A stretch of 59,650 nt of DNA, taken from the IMG/VR virus record IMGVR_UViG_3300043431_000358, positions 1 through 59,650 of that record; one strand, 5' to 3'. This DNA comes from a virus (Duplodnaviria; Caudoviricetes). The translations under genes were made by a program, and so were the position numbers. Of this stretch, positions 35,826 through 45,221 are shown piece by piece. Position 1 is the stretch's first letter, and every line of letters starts with the position of its first letter. The notes under the pieces were generated by a model. The model was not told the DNA's origin. It made no database searches and was given only the letters and a program-made list of their open reading frames with translations.

Positions 35826-35842
35826 GCATGCCTTTCTGTGGA

Positions 35843-36340
35843 TCATCGATCCTTGGGGTTCTGAGGAAGTAGGACGCCGAGTTCCGTTGTGACGTACTCG
35901 GCTACCTGGTCCAGGTACAGCGCCATCTCTGCGGTGTTGAGTTGGCTGGTGCTCATGACCAGCCGGCGCTGCTTTTTCGGAGGCTGAAGGAGCGCTGCCA
36001 TCTTCGGGTTCGGCAGCTCCGGCGGGTAGTACCACTTCTCCTGCCCGCGTGCGTTGATCTCCGGAAGGAAAAGCTCCTTGGCGTGCTCGTGCCACACCTC
36101 TGCCGTGTACCGCTGACCAGCCACGTAGGCCTGCTGCGCAGTCGGTTCTAGGATGCCAGCCCACATGTAGGCATTCGCCTCCGTGCTGCGCGTGGCCTTG
36201 TACTCGGACACCACGGCGCGAAGGTAGCGCTTTGCCTCAGCCATGGGCGCGAGGTTGGCGCCCATGAACGCGACAAAGCGATCCCAGTCGGCGCGCTCGC
36301 GAAAGATGAACTCTCGGGCGAGTGCTTGGTCTTTGCTCAT
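35843..36340 (-). CDS. ninB: NinB/Orf-family recombination protein
   Basis: RS.E.NAYMW, E.WHE..K..FL, STS.L...EM..YL..V. Confidence 0.75.
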   Translation of the reverse strand: MSKDQALAREFIFRERADWDRFVAFMGANLAPMAEAKRYLRAVVSEYKATRSTEANAYMWAGILEPTAQQAYVAGQRYTAEVWHEHAKELFLPEINARGQEKWYYPPELPNPKMAALLQPPKKQRRLVMSTSQLNTAEMALYLDQVAEYVTTELGVLLPQNPKDR

Positions 36341-37221
36341 GCGTCTTCGCTGGAGCGTCTCCACGCGGTGTTGATGTCGGCGCCGAGTTGCTCCGGCAGG
36401 CTGGCGATCAACCGGTCGAAGTTCCACTCGCAGTCACGGAAGCACCGGCCGTCACCATCCCATCCATCACCCAGGTTGCGCAGGATGCTGTTGGCGATCT
36501 CTTTGTCCTCGTTGGTTTCGATCTTGAACCGGTCCATGGCGTTGCTCACCGGATCGGGACCGTCGTTCCAGTCGTGCCGCACGCGCATCATGGCCACCGC
36601 AAGATCGGCGCGCTGGTGCTGGTCGCGCAGCGCATCCAGCACGTCGCGCCAGTCGAACTCACGATCCATGCCGTAGCGCAGGATGATCTCGGCCAGTTCC
36701 ACGTTCGCCAGCTTGGCCTGCTTCTCGCGTTCGGCCGCTGCTGCCCGCTCACGCAGCGCTTGCTCGGCCACCTGTGCGGCCTGGGCCTTGAACGCCTGGT
36801 ACTGGGCAAGCATGCGCTCGTAGCTGCTGGTGGCGCTGGCGAAGCCGTCGTCGGTCTTCACCTCGCGCTGCAGGTCGGCCAGATACCCAGCCGGAAGCGT
36901 GTCGTACTTCGGGTACCGGGCCCGCGACTTGGTGTCTCGCACCCTGTAGCTGCGCGGCATGCCGATCGCCTCCATCAACTGCGTGATGTGCGTCACGATC
37001 AGCTTGTTGTTCTCGATCGCCGGCAGGTTCTTCTCGTGCGTGGCTATGTCCACCTGGCGCGCCGCCTCCAGCTGCGCAAGCGCATGGTCAGCCACCCGGT
37101 CCGTGCTTGGTTCGGTGTAGATGTACTGGCTCTTCAGCGAGCTGGCATACCCGCTCGGGCTGGCTTGGCACGTTCCGACGCGGCCGCATTTCTCCACCGG
37201 CATGATCTTCAAGTCGAACAT
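36337..37221 (-). CDS. Hypothetical protein
   Basis: 294-aa ORF with phage-like codon usage, coupled to neighbours. Confidence 0.7.
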   Translation of the reverse strand: MFDLKIMPVEKCGRVGTCQASPSGYASSLKSQYIYTEPSTDRVADHALAQLEAARQVDIATHEKNLPAIENNKLIVTHITQLMEAIGMPRSYRVRDTKSRARYPKYDTLPAGYLADLQREVKTDDGFASATSSYERMLAQYQAFKAQAAQVAEQALRERAAAAEREKQAKLANVELAEIILRYGMDREFDWRDVLDALRDQHQRADLAVAMMRVRHDWNDGPDPVSNAMDRFKIETNEDKEIANSILRNLGDGWDGDGRCFRDCEWNFDRLIASLPEQLGADINTAWRRSSEDA

Positions 37222-37703
37222 TGGCTTGTCACCCTTCTGATTTCAACGATCACTCCGTCAGCGATGACGGTCTCCCACTCCGGCGGAACCGGGACCGCCG
37301 CCGGCCACAGCCCGGCGCCCACCAGCGCGGCCACCGTGCGCGCGTGCGCCGCTTCCCACATCGCCCGGCGCTCGTCCCCGCTCATGCGCGAGCCCTGGTC
37401 CAGGTTGCTGTGGCAGCGGTGGCACAGAGATGCCACGCGGTTGTCGTCGGCCTTCTGCCGGCCGCCCTTGCCGTGCTCGCCCCAGTTGCTGTGCGCGGCG
37501 CACACCGTGCCGTCCGCCGCGAAGCAGTTCTGGCACGGGATCGCACGGCAGGCCACCAGCAGCGCCGGGCTGCGCACGGCCACGCGCTTCGACACAGCCA
37601 CCACGGCACCGGTGGACAGCGCGTGCACGCCGCGGCCGGTACCAGGCGTGTGCACCGTGCGCTGGCGCACCAGCACCGGCCGCTTGAAGGGTCTGCGCTT
37701 CAC
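37209..37703 (-). CDS. DUF1364-like Zn-binding putative nuclease
   Basis: PCQNC, AAHSN, GKG...KADD, LCHRCH..LD. Confidence 0.7.
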   Translation of the reverse strand: MKRRPFKRPVLVRQRTVHTPGTGRGVHALSTGAVVAVSKRVAVRSPALLVACRAIPCQNCFAADGTVCAAHSNWGEHGKGGRQKADDNRVASLCHRCHSNLDQGSRMSGDERRAMWEAAHARTVAALVGAGLWPAAVPVPPEWETVIADGVIVEIRRVTSQCST

Positions 37704-37705
37704 GT

Positions 37706-39469
37706 TCAGAACGGCGCCTGCACGTCCAGCTTGGCCCGAACGTGCTTGATCAAGGCCTCGCCGATAACGCGCATCTGCGATGGGTAGAACAGCACAGCGG
37801 TTCCCTTCGTTCCGGTCGCCTTCGGAACGCGCAGGTCCGATGTGACAAAGGTCTCGGTCATGGTGACGCCGAACTCGGCGCAGACATCGCCCAGCTTCAG
37901 CGTGGGCTGCTCGGTGGGGCGCGCCGCTGGTTGTCCTGCTGGTGCGAAGTCGAACCGGCCGCTGCCGGCCGGACCGGTGCTGTGCAGCGTGCCAAGCACC
38001 GGCAACGCGGCCAGGGTGGCCTGGGCCGGCGCAGCAGCAACGACAGGCGCGGGCGCGGGCGCCTGAACAACTGCCGCAGCCTCCTTCGCCAGACGCAGCG
38101 CTTCGGCCGCGTCGTCGTCGCGCTTCTTCTGCTCCTCGGCCTTCAGGCGCTTCTCTTCCACCGCGGCCTTGTGCGCAGCGATGCGCGCGTCCGCGATGGC
38201 CTTGAAGTCCTCGGCCGGCTTCGTGCCCACGGTGGCGAAGTCGGCGAACAGGAACACCCAGTCGTCCTCGCCGATCTTCAGGGCGGCGCGGTTGTCGGCC
38301 AACTGGTTGGCCACGGCCTGCAGCCGGAGCTTCTGGTTCGCCAGCTCCTGCCCGGCAGCCGCGCGCACGCTCTCCACGGTCCGCTTGCCTTTGATGGCCT
38401 CAGCGAAGCCGCCCACGGCCCGCTGGATCCAATGCGCGCCATGCGTGCCAGAGCGCTTGTTCAGGCCGGCCACGAACTCGTCCAGCTCCTTCTGGTGGGC
38501 CTGGACTACCTCCGTGCGGATGGACGCCTTGCGTGCCGTCACGGCCTTGTCCAGCTCCAGCCGCTTCGAGCGCAGTTGCGCGCTGATGTGGTCGATCGTG
38601 CGGAACAGCTCGTCGATCGTCGTGGTCTGCGCCAGCGCCTGTTCCTTCACCAGCGCCAGCCGGTCCTCGCCGTCCTGGCAAAACTTCACGGTCTGCTCGG
38701 CGTTGGCGAAGTCGCTGTCGGTCTCCAGCTTGGTGTTGATCTTGGCGATGAAGCGGGCCGCGGCCTCGCTGAACACGGCCATGTTCGTGGAGGTGACCTT
38801 TCCTTCGACGCGGATCACCAGCGCCGGCAGGGCCTGGATCACGTCCACCACCGGCGGGGGCGGGGGCGGCGGCGCGGGTTGGTAGGCCTCCAGGTCGGCC
38901 TCGAACTGCTGCCAGCCGGCCGTGATCTTGGCAGCCAGTTCCTTGTTGGACTTGTACCAGCAGTGGCGCTCCTCCACCAGCTTGCCGTCCTCGGTCCACT
39001 CGCTGGCCATGAAGAGCACCTTGCTGCACTTCCCGACCATGCACTGCTGCTCCATCTGCACCTGGTGGTACATCGGAAGGTCCGTGCCCTTGCAGCCCGG
39101 CTGCATGATGTTGCGAAGTTCCTGGTTCAAGCGTTTGTGCTCGGAGCCGATGTCGCCGGCGAGCGTCAGACCGTCGAACGAAGCCGACATGCGACCCTCG
39201 GTCCCAACCACCGGATACAGCTCTTCGCCGATGATTTCCTCGGCAAGCGGCCGGGCCAGCGCTTCCCACTCGTGGCCTTTGTCCAAGATGCGTTCCTGCA
39301 CGTAGTCGCTGTGCTCGCGCGGCGCGCCAGTGTGCATCTCGTGCAGCAACTGCAGGCGGGTCTTGTGCGGCGAGACGCCCAGCATGGTGGGGGCGTCACT
39401 CGCGTTGAAGTGGGTGGCGCGGTGGGCGTGCCACGCGGCGTCGCCCTGGGTCAGGTTGTGGAGTTCCAT
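37706..39469 (-). CDS. YqaJ-like (lambda exonuclease family) recombination nuclease with coiled-coil C-terminus
   Basis: QG...W..HR....ASDA, GH..E..AR, ASFDG, EHK, Q.EQQ. Confidence 0.9.
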   Translation of the reverse strand: MELHNLTQGDAAWHAHRATHFNASDAPTMLGVSPHKTRLQLLHEMHTGAPREHSDYVQERILDKGHEWEALARPLAEEIIGEELYPVVGTEGRMSASFDGLTLAGDIGSEHKRLNQELRNIMQPGCKGTDLPMYHQVQMEQQCMVGKCSKVLFMASEWTEDGKLVEERHCWYKSNKELAAKITAGWQQFEADLEAYQPAPPPPPPPVVDVIQALPALVIRVEGKVTSTNMAVFSEAAARFIAKINTKLETDSDFANAEQTVKFCQDGEDRLALVKEQALAQTTTIDELFRTIDHISAQLRSKRLELDKAVTARKASIRTEVVQAHQKELDEFVAGLNKRSGTHGAHWIQRAVGGFAEAIKGKRTVESVRAAAGQELANQKLRLQAVANQLADNRAALKIGEDDWVFLFADFATVGTKPAEDFKAIADARIAAHKAAVEEKRLKAEEQKKRDDDAAEALRLAKEAAAVVQAPAPAPVVAAAPAQATLAALPVLGTLHSTGPAGSGRFDFAPAGQPAARPTEQPTLKLGDVCAEFGVTMTETFVTSDLRVPKATGTKGTAVLFYPSQMRVIGEALIKHVRAKLDVQAPF

Positions 39470-39484
39470 GGATCCTCGTGGTGG

Positions 39485-40378
39485 TCAGAACGGCGGCTTG
39501 TAGGAGGTGAGCTTGTCCTTTTGGACCTGCGTGAAGCGCTTGCCCTTGGACTCGACGAAGGCGATCAGCCGCTCAGGAGCGACGCACTTTCCGCTCTTCT
39601 CGTTCGGGATGGTCAACTGGTCCACCCAGGGCGGCAGCTTCTCGGTGAACTCTTCGTCGGTGTACTCCGGCGGGGCGGCTGGCGGCGGGGGCGGCTCTGG
39701 TGGCGCTTCAGGCGGGCCACGCCTACGGTCTTCCGTGCGCATGCGATCAGCACCCGCATCGTCGTCCACCGGATCGTCTTCCTCAGCCAGGCCGGTCACC
39801 GCCTTGAGCGTGTAGCGCTCCAGGTAGGAAAGCGTGCTGGCCCGCGCGTGCATCTTGTTCTTCGCCCCGCCCTCATCCGGCGGACCACCGAACGGCACGG
39901 CCTCGCTGTGGCCCAGCACGTGGCGCACGCGGCACTCCACGCGTATCCAGTCGCGCGCGTCCTCCAGGATCTGCCAACTGAAGCTCAGCCCGTGGCGCGA
40001 CATAGCCTCGGAGATACCGTCCACCCAGGCATACGAGTCGGCGTACTTTTTGCCCTTGAGCGGGCCGTCCTTGATCAGCCGGTTTCGGATGACATGCACG
40101 CCCTCGGCCTTGAAGGCTGCGAAGGCCGCGTTGTAGGCGTTCTCGGCCTCTCGGCGCTGCCAGCGTTCAAACACGTCAATCAGCCCGTTGACGTGCGCCA
40201 GGTCCATGTCCGGGCGCATGGCCGCAGTCTCGATGATGCGCATCAGCATGCTGGCGCCCGTGGCCGGCTGGGCCTGCTGGTGCACCACCTGGCCGGGGGC
40301 CATGGCCACAGCGTGGCGCGCGGTCTCCTGCAGCGGGTCGGACACGATGGTGGCATCCTGCACGGTGGTGGTGTTCAT
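39485..40378 (-). CDS. erf: ERF-family single-strand annealing protein
   Basis: A..AY..AF..F, YA, HGLS, H..GHSE, ST.SY..RYTL.A.TGL..EDD. Confidence 0.85.
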   Translation of the reverse strand: MNTTTVQDATIVSDPLQETARHAVAMAPGQVVHQQAQPATGASMLMRIIETAAMRPDMDLAHVNGLIDVFERWQRREAENAYNAAFAAFKAEGVHVIRNRLIKDGPLKGKKYADSYAWVDGISEAMSRHGLSFSWQILEDARDWIRVECRVRHVLGHSEAVPFGGPPDEGGAKNKMHARASTLSYLERYTLKAVTGLAEEDDPVDDDAGADRMRTEDRRRGPPEAPPEPPPPPAAPPEYTDEEFTEKLPPWVDQLTIPNEKSGKCVAPERLIAFVESKGKRFTQVQKDKLTSYKPPF

Positions 40379-41199
40379 TCCTCGCCCTCGGCGCCCATCT
40401 CGCGCAGTTCCGCGTTGATCATGTCGGTGAACAGGGTGTGAAGCTGATCGCGCACCGCGGCGCGGTGCTTCTCGAATACGGCATCAGCCTTCGCCCGCGC
40501 TTCTTCGTACGTCGAACAGCCTTTCGCCGCTTCGAACGCGGCCGTCAAGGCAGCGTTTGAAGTGGCGTCCCAGGCGTCCCAGGCGTCCCAGGCGTCCCAG
40601 GCGTCCCTGGCGTCCCTGGCGGCCCTGGCGTCCCAGGCGTCCCTGGCGTCCCTGGCGGCCCTGGCGGCCCTGGCGGCCCTGGCGGCCCTGGCGTCCCTGG
40701 CGGCCCTGGCGGCCCAGGCGTCCCTGGCGGCCCTGGCGGCCCTGGCGGCCTCACCCACCAAAGCAATGGCGGCAGTGCGATCAGCTTCGCCAAGCTCTGC
40801 CGTGATCGGGGCCAGCGCACGCAGCGCAGCCGCGTGCTCGGCAAGCTCTGGCACCTCCGCGAACCAAAGCGGCGCATGGACACGCCACATCCAATCCAGC
40901 GCCATGAACGATCTCTTGGCGCTCAGTGCCGGACCGCGGTTCGTGCCGGCCAGCTTGCCGGTGTAGCGAGCCTTCAACTCCTGGCGGTCAGCGGTCGGCA
41001 ACAAGTCGTTCCACGCGCGCCCGAAGGCGGCCAGCACCGGGTCAACGCAGGCCGGTGAGTCGCTGAAAGGCTCGCCGGAAAACATGCTCTCCAGTTCCAG
41101 CAGGCACGGGTCAGGCGCGCCCGGCTCGTGTTTCCCTGAGCCGAGTTGTAGCGCCTCGATCTGTTCGGGCGTGAGGTGGGGGGTGATGGGTTCGTTCAT
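40375..41199 (-). CDS. Hypothetical protein with (A/D)-A-(R/W) tripeptide repeats
   Basis: L..G.H......C..E......GE.FSD.P.CV.PV......WND N-terminal domain followed by repeat tract. Confidence 0.7.
   Translation of the reverse strand: MNEPITPHLTPEQIEALQLGSGKHEPGAPDPCLLELESMFSGEPFSDSPACVDPVLAAFGRAWNDLLPTADRQELKARYTGKLAGTNRGPALSAKRSFMALDWMWRVHAPLWFAEVPELAEHAAALRALAPITAELGEADRTAAIALVGEAARAARAARDAWAARAARDARAARAARAARAARDARDAWDARAARDARDAWDAWDAWDAWDATSNAALTAAFEAAKGCSTYEEARAKADAVFEKHRAAVRDQLHTLFTDMINAELREMGAEGEE
40564..40750. repeat. 9-bp tandem repeat GGCG(T/G)CCC(A/T), about 20 copies
   Basis: Directly visible; in frame within the 40375-41199 gene. Confidence 0.95.
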
Positions 41200-41308
41200 G
41201 GTCTTCCGAGGTGGATGTGGTGCCGCACGGCCTTGGCCAGCGCGGAGAGGATGGAGTGCCCGCTGGCGCGCAGGCCGAGGAATGTAAGCACGAATGGCTT
41301 GGCGATTC

Positions 41309-41635
41309 TCATAGCGCGGGCTCAGGCGGCACGTCGTCTGCAAACCAGCAGTTGGCCATGCGCTCGACGGTGGGCCAGCAACCAGGCGTCTGCAGGCAGG
41401 CGAACTGCTTGTCGTCGCTGTATCCGATGATCTGCCGCCACATGAACGACCGGTGCTGGTCGCTCTCTACGTCGCAGTGCGCGCCGGACACGAGAACCAG
41501 CGAGCGCACTTCCGGCATCTTGTCGCCGTCTCGGTACGGGCGCTTGGCTAGCCGGCCTATGACGGCCTCACGCGCTTTCGCGCCGGTTGCTTGTGCTGTC
41601 GCGCCCTGCGGCGCATTGGTCGGGTGTTCAGACAC
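41309..41635 (-). CDS. Hypothetical protein, first gene of leftward operon
   Basis: GTG start with aagga RBS. Confidence 0.55.
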   Translation of the reverse strand: MSEHPTNAPQGATAQATGAKAREAVIGRLAKRPYRDGDKMPEVRSLVLVSGAHCDVESDQHRSFMWRQIIGYSDDKQFACLQTPGCWPTVERMANCWFADDVPPEPAL

Positions 41636-41688
41636 TTCGGTCCTTGGAATCTCGTTGGTCTCGCACGAAATGCAGCGAGAGAGCCCGG

Positions 41689-41770
41689 ACTGTGCCTGCC
41701 ACGTGGCGCGGTGTCAACCCCGTTGATGGTTGGTGCACGTCCGCTATGATGTATTGCGCCACGTGGCAGG
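41689..41770. promoter_or_regulatory. Divergent promoter region with two inverted 15-bp operator-like sites
   Basis: CCTGCCACGTGGCGC (41695-41709) and its exact reverse complement (41756-41770); TTGACA on minus strand (41712-41717); TTGATG-16-TATGAT on plus strand (41723-41750). Confidence 0.7.
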
Positions 41771-41781
41771 AATGACGTAGC

Positions 41782-42054
41782 ATGCGCCGCATGGACAAAT
41801 ACCCGATTGAAGTTGCATCCATCCGGGCCCGCGTGGCTGCGCTACCCAACGTGCAGGCGTTCGCCGACCGCCACGGGCTGGCGCCTCGCACGCTGTACCG
41901 CATCGTGGCCTCGGCCAAACCGGACGCAGGGCGAAGTGCCAAGAAGTACCAGCCCAGCGCGCCGACCCTGCGGGTGCTGGCGCAGGTGTTCGACAAGCTG
42001 GACGCGGCGGCGGCAAAGCGCTCCCGCCGGGCCGACAAGAAGGCCGGCCGATGA
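41782..42054 (+). CDS. Cro-like helix-turn-helix regulator
   Basis: VQAFADRHGLAPRTLYRI and YQPS..TL..L; first gene after divergent promoters. Confidence 0.65.
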   Translation: MRRMDKYPIEVASIRARVAALPNVQAFADRHGLAPRTLYRIVASAKPDAGRSAKKYQPSAPTLRVLAQVFDKLDAAAAKRSRRADKKAGR

Positions 42055-42299
42055 GCGCGCGGTTCCTGGTGTGGTGCCACGAACTTGGATCGACCGCAGA
42101 AGACGGGCGAGAGATCCTGGCCGACGACGCTGAGGATGCCGCCCGAACCTGGGCTCGCCGAGAGGACGCCGAGAGCGCGGACTACTGGATCGTCGGCGGG
42201 TCTGGCACCACCGTGGTGGTGCGCAGTCCTGACGGATCGGAATGCCGCATGCGCGTCACCGGTGAGCCAACCATCCGCTACACAGCGAGGACCGAATGA
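42051..42299 (+). CDS. Hypothetical protein
   Basis: ATGA-coupled on both sides. Confidence 0.65.
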   Translation: MSARFLVWCHELGSTAEDGREILADDAEDAARTWARREDAESADYWIVGGSGTTVVVRSPDGSECRMRVTGEPTIRYTARTE

Positions 42300-42664
42300 C
42301 TGACAACGTGACGGTGTTCCCTGGAGCAGACGGCCTGCCGGAGAACCCGATGAAGATCGCGCCGGGGCGCCCGGGGTACTGCAGCCATACATCCGTCGTG
42401 CTGGACTGTCACGACCGCACGGTCCGGTGCGCGGATCCGAAGTGCGGGGCGGTCCTGGATGCCTTCGACTTCCTGCGCGGGAATGCGCAGACCATCGACA
42501 GCGCCTGGCGCAGGTACCACGAGGTGCTGCGCCAAGCCGGCGAGGTGAATGACCGCGTGCACGCCCTGAAGAAAGAGGAGGCGAGGCTGCGTGCGATGGT
42601 GAAGCGCCTCCAGGACAAGACGGGCTCGGTGCTTGTGGTGCGGCCAGAGAAAGGCACGCTATGA
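42296..42664 (+). CDS. Hypothetical protein with Cys/His cluster and coiled coil
   Basis: C.H.......R.V.C...CG...DAFD.L; ATGA-coupled. Confidence 0.65.
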   Translation: MTDNVTVFPGADGLPENPMKIAPGRPGYCSHTSVVLDCHDRTVRCADPKCGAVLDAFDFLRGNAQTIDSAWRRYHEVLRQAGEVNDRVHALKKEEARLRAMVKRLQDKTGSVLVVRPEKGTL

Positions 42665-42894
42665 GCCGCCACAGTGGAGCCAAGCGGGCCGAGGAGCGGA
42701 AGCTCTGGCCCGACGAGGCTGAGTTCGTGGTGCTGTGGCTGGCGGTCGGCTACTCGCTGGAGCGCGTCGCCACGGTGATGGACATGACCCTGGAGCACGC
42801 CCGCCACTTCCTGCCCGGAAGCCCACAGAAGCCGTCAGCCAGGCTGCGGCTGGAACAGCGCAGCGCGTTCTCCCGGCGCGGGGCCTCGACATGA
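42661..42894 (+). CDS. Small HTH-like hypothetical protein
   Basis: GYSLERVA.VMDMT; ATGA-coupled. Confidence 0.5.
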   Translation: MSRHSGAKRAEERKLWPDEAEFVVLWLAVGYSLERVATVMDMTLEHARHFLPGSPQKPSARLRLEQRSAFSRRGAST

Positions 42895-43439
42895 TGGCCG
42901 ACGTACGCACCCGCGACGCGGCCTGGGTCCTGGCGCAATGCATTGAGGAGGGCGACTGCCTGCTGTGGCAGGGCCGCATGGGGACCGGGAACAACCGGGC
43001 TAACCCTCTCGTGAGCGGCATCCTGGCCAGCGGTCGCAGCGGCCCGCTGCCCGTGCGCCGGATGGTGTGGGAGCACCGGAACGGCCCGCTGAAGCCCGGC
43101 CAGGTGGTCTACCGGACGTGCTGCCAGAACAGGTGCCTGGCTTGCCTTGAGGCCGGCCCGCCGGGATCGCCAATGCGCCAGCGCAAGCGGGAAGGACTGA
43201 CCGGCCACTCGCCAGCCACCAAGGCGGCCCTCACCCGCGCGCGCCGAGGCCGGGCCGGCAACGTCCACACCCCCGAGCAGGTGCAGGAGGTGAAGCGCCT
43301 GGGCGTGCTGGGCGGAACCGATGCCGAGATCGCCCGCCAGACCGGCGTGAGCGAGGCCATGGTCGGGAAGATCCGCACGGGGAAGTGCTGGGCGGACTCG
43401 GTGCAGGGATCCAGCGTGTTCAGCCTGGCGGGCCGGTGA
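42891..43439 (+). CDS. HNH-like (degenerate) protein with C-terminal HTH
   Basis: GDCLLWQG, RR.VWE...GPL..G......C....C, EIARQTGVS..MV.KIR.G..W. Confidence 0.65.
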   Translation: MMADVRTRDAAWVLAQCIEEGDCLLWQGRMGTGNNRANPLVSGILASGRSGPLPVRRMVWEHRNGPLKPGQVVYRTCCQNRCLACLEAGPPGSPMRQRKREGLTGHSPATKAALTRARRGRAGNVHTPEQVQEVKRLGVLGGTDAEIARQTGVSEAMVGKIRTGKCWADSVQGSSVFSLAGR

Positions 43440-43460
43440 TGGGCGCCGCAATTCTGGGGC

Positions 43461-43489
43461 TTGCGGCGGGCTGCAACTTCGCGCAGAAT
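43461..43489 (+). promoter_or_regulatory. Putative sigma70 promoter upstream of structured RNA
   Basis: TTGCGG-17 bp-CAGAAT. Confidence 0.45.
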
Positions 43490-43500
43490 CCGCCCACCAT

Positions 43501-43613
43501 TGCGGCAACAGTGGTGACGCATCGAGCCCTGATTGGGTGGTGTGTTCCCCGGGTGGACCCGGACCGGTGTTGCCGCACCTTGGAACGCATCACCCAACCA
43601 GGGCTTCTGCGTT
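43501..43613 (+). ncRNA. c4/CI-like antisense-type structured RNA candidate
   Basis: 25-bp stem 43524-43548/43582-43606 with G-U pairs; loop TGTTGCCGCA (43568-43577) complementary to TGCGGCAACA (43501-43510). Confidence 0.55.
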
Positions 43614-43942
43614 TCTGGGCCTCCGGTCGGGCAGTGGTTCCGGCCGGCACGCCGCACGCTCAAGCGTTCCATGCAACCCATGCGCGGCCCTGGCGGGTCT
43701 TACCCGTGAGCCAGGTGGGAGGCCGGGCAACCGGTTGGCTGCAACGCCAGGTCACGGGTCGCCTTCTCGGGAGCCTTTCTTCTCTCACGCTGTGGGGGTA
43801 GGGGGGTCTTCGCGAAGCGCTTCGGCCTCACTGAGTACCTGAACCTCCCCAAGAACTTCGAAGGGTGAAGAGTAAAGGACGCCACGGTTTTGGTAGAGAG
43901 AGTGCAGAGAGAGAAACCTTTTAAGTCGAAAGCAGGTTTTGA

Positions 43943-44992
43943 ATGAGCGAGAAAACGAAGATCGAATGGGCGGACTCGACGTTCAACCCGTGGATGGGAT
44001 GCACCCGAGTCGGCCCAGGATGCGATAACTGCTATGCCGCAGTGAGCACGCCCAGCCGGTCGATGGGCGTCAAGTGGGGTTCAGGCGAGGACCGCAAGCG
44101 CACCAGCGCCAGCACGTGGGCCCAGCCGATGAAGTGGGAGCGCAACGCTTCGGCGTTCCAGGCCGAGCATGGCCGCCGGCAGCGCGTGTTCTGCGCCTCA
44201 CTGGCCGACGTGTTCGACAACGAAGTGCCACCGGCTTGGCGCGCCGAGTTGTTCGCGCTCATCGCCGCGACACCGAGCCTGGACTGGATGCTCCTCACGA
44301 AGCGAATCGGCAACGTCGCGAAGATGATCGAGGCGCCCGGCATGCAGAAGTGCGGATTGCCTCCGAACGTCTGGCTCGGCGCCACCGTGGTCAACCAGCA
44401 GGAGGCCGAGCGCGACGTGCCAAAACTGCAAGACACGCAGGCCACCGTGCGCTTCCTGAGCATTGAGCCGATGCTGGGACCCATCACGCTTGGCAAGGGC
44501 GGGACCGAGAAGCACGGGTACCTGGCGCGCACGGAGCTTGGCGACTGGGTAGAGCGCGGGGAAGGCCGTGGCCACCTGGATCACTGGACCTACGCCGACT
44601 ATCCACTGGATGGTAAGCGCTCTACAAAGCAGGGTCAGTACAGCGTGCCGCGCATCGACTGGGTGATCTGCGGCGGCGAGAGCGGACCAGGCGCGCGGCC
44701 GATGCATCCAGACTGGCCCCGCTCGCTGCGCGACCAATGCGCGGCGGCCGGCGTGCCGTTCTTGTTCAAGCAGTGGGGAGAGTGGAAGCCAGTCACTGCC
44801 GAGATGGTCCTTGAGCGTGGTGACTTAGGCCGCCAGCTGCTGCCGCTGCAGATCATTCGCCACGGCAGTGCCGGGCCAGACCAGCACGTCTGGAAGGTCG
44901 GCAAGAAGGCCGCCGGCCGCCTGCTTGACGGCGTGGAGCACAACGGCTTCCCGCTCGAAGGCGCCGAGATGGCGCACACCCGTTCAATCTGA
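43943..44992 (+). CDS. DUF5131 (phage Gp37/Gp68) radical-SAM-like protein
   Basis: TKIEW.D.TFNPW.GC..V.PGCDNCYA, RVFCASLAD.F, LLTKR, WVICGGESG. Confidence 0.9.
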   Translation: MSEKTKIEWADSTFNPWMGCTRVGPGCDNCYAAVSTPSRSMGVKWGSGEDRKRTSASTWAQPMKWERNASAFQAEHGRRQRVFCASLADVFDNEVPPAWRAELFALIAATPSLDWMLLTKRIGNVAKMIEAPGMQKCGLPPNVWLGATVVNQQEAERDVPKLQDTQATVRFLSIEPMLGPITLGKGGTEKHGYLARTELGDWVERGEGRGHLDHWTYADYPLDGKRSTKQGQYSVPRIDWVICGGESGPGARPMHPDWPRSLRDQCAAAGVPFLFKQWGEWKPVTAEMVLERGDLGRQLLPLQIIRHGSAGPDQHVWKVGKKAAGRLLDGVEHNGFPLEGAEMAHTRSI

Positions 44993-45006
44993 CCCAGCAC
45001 CCAGCC

Positions 45007-45216
45007 ATGCCGCAAGACCTGACATCGATCGACCCAAAGGTGCAACGCCCTGACGTTGTGGCCAAGTGCCCGGCCTGCGGGCAGCAGACATTCCGCGTGA
45101 TCATCACTGACGGCGGCCACGGCCACGACGAATGGGGAGTCGTTTATTGGTTCGGCGGGGACGGGCATTGCGATGCGTGCGGGCACGCCGGGTACCACTC
45201 AGACAGCAGCCACTGA
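45007..45216 (+). CDS. Small Zn-finger protein
   Basis: CPACG ... CDACG. Confidence 0.55.
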   Translation: MPQDLTSIDPKVQRPDVVAKCPACGQQTFRVIITDGGHGHDEWGVVYWFGGDGHCDACGHAGYHSDSSH

Positions 45217-45221
45217 AGCCG

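Noticed and set aside
37742-40441. 899-aa plus-strand ORF and similar long antisense ORFs (732-2504, 4879-6204, 48501-49865, 50015-51601)
   Set aside because: Shadow frames of real genes in high-GC DNA; no recognisable motifs
40545-40883. Collagen-like Gly-Pro-Pro/Gly-Thr-Pro ORF in an alternative frame
   Set aside because: A by-product of the 9-bp repeat inside a better-supported gene; no evident RBS
43385-43885. ORFs spanning the 43.4-43.9 kb gap
   Set aside because: Atypical composition, no RBS, and they overlap a structured RNA-like element; treated as non-coding
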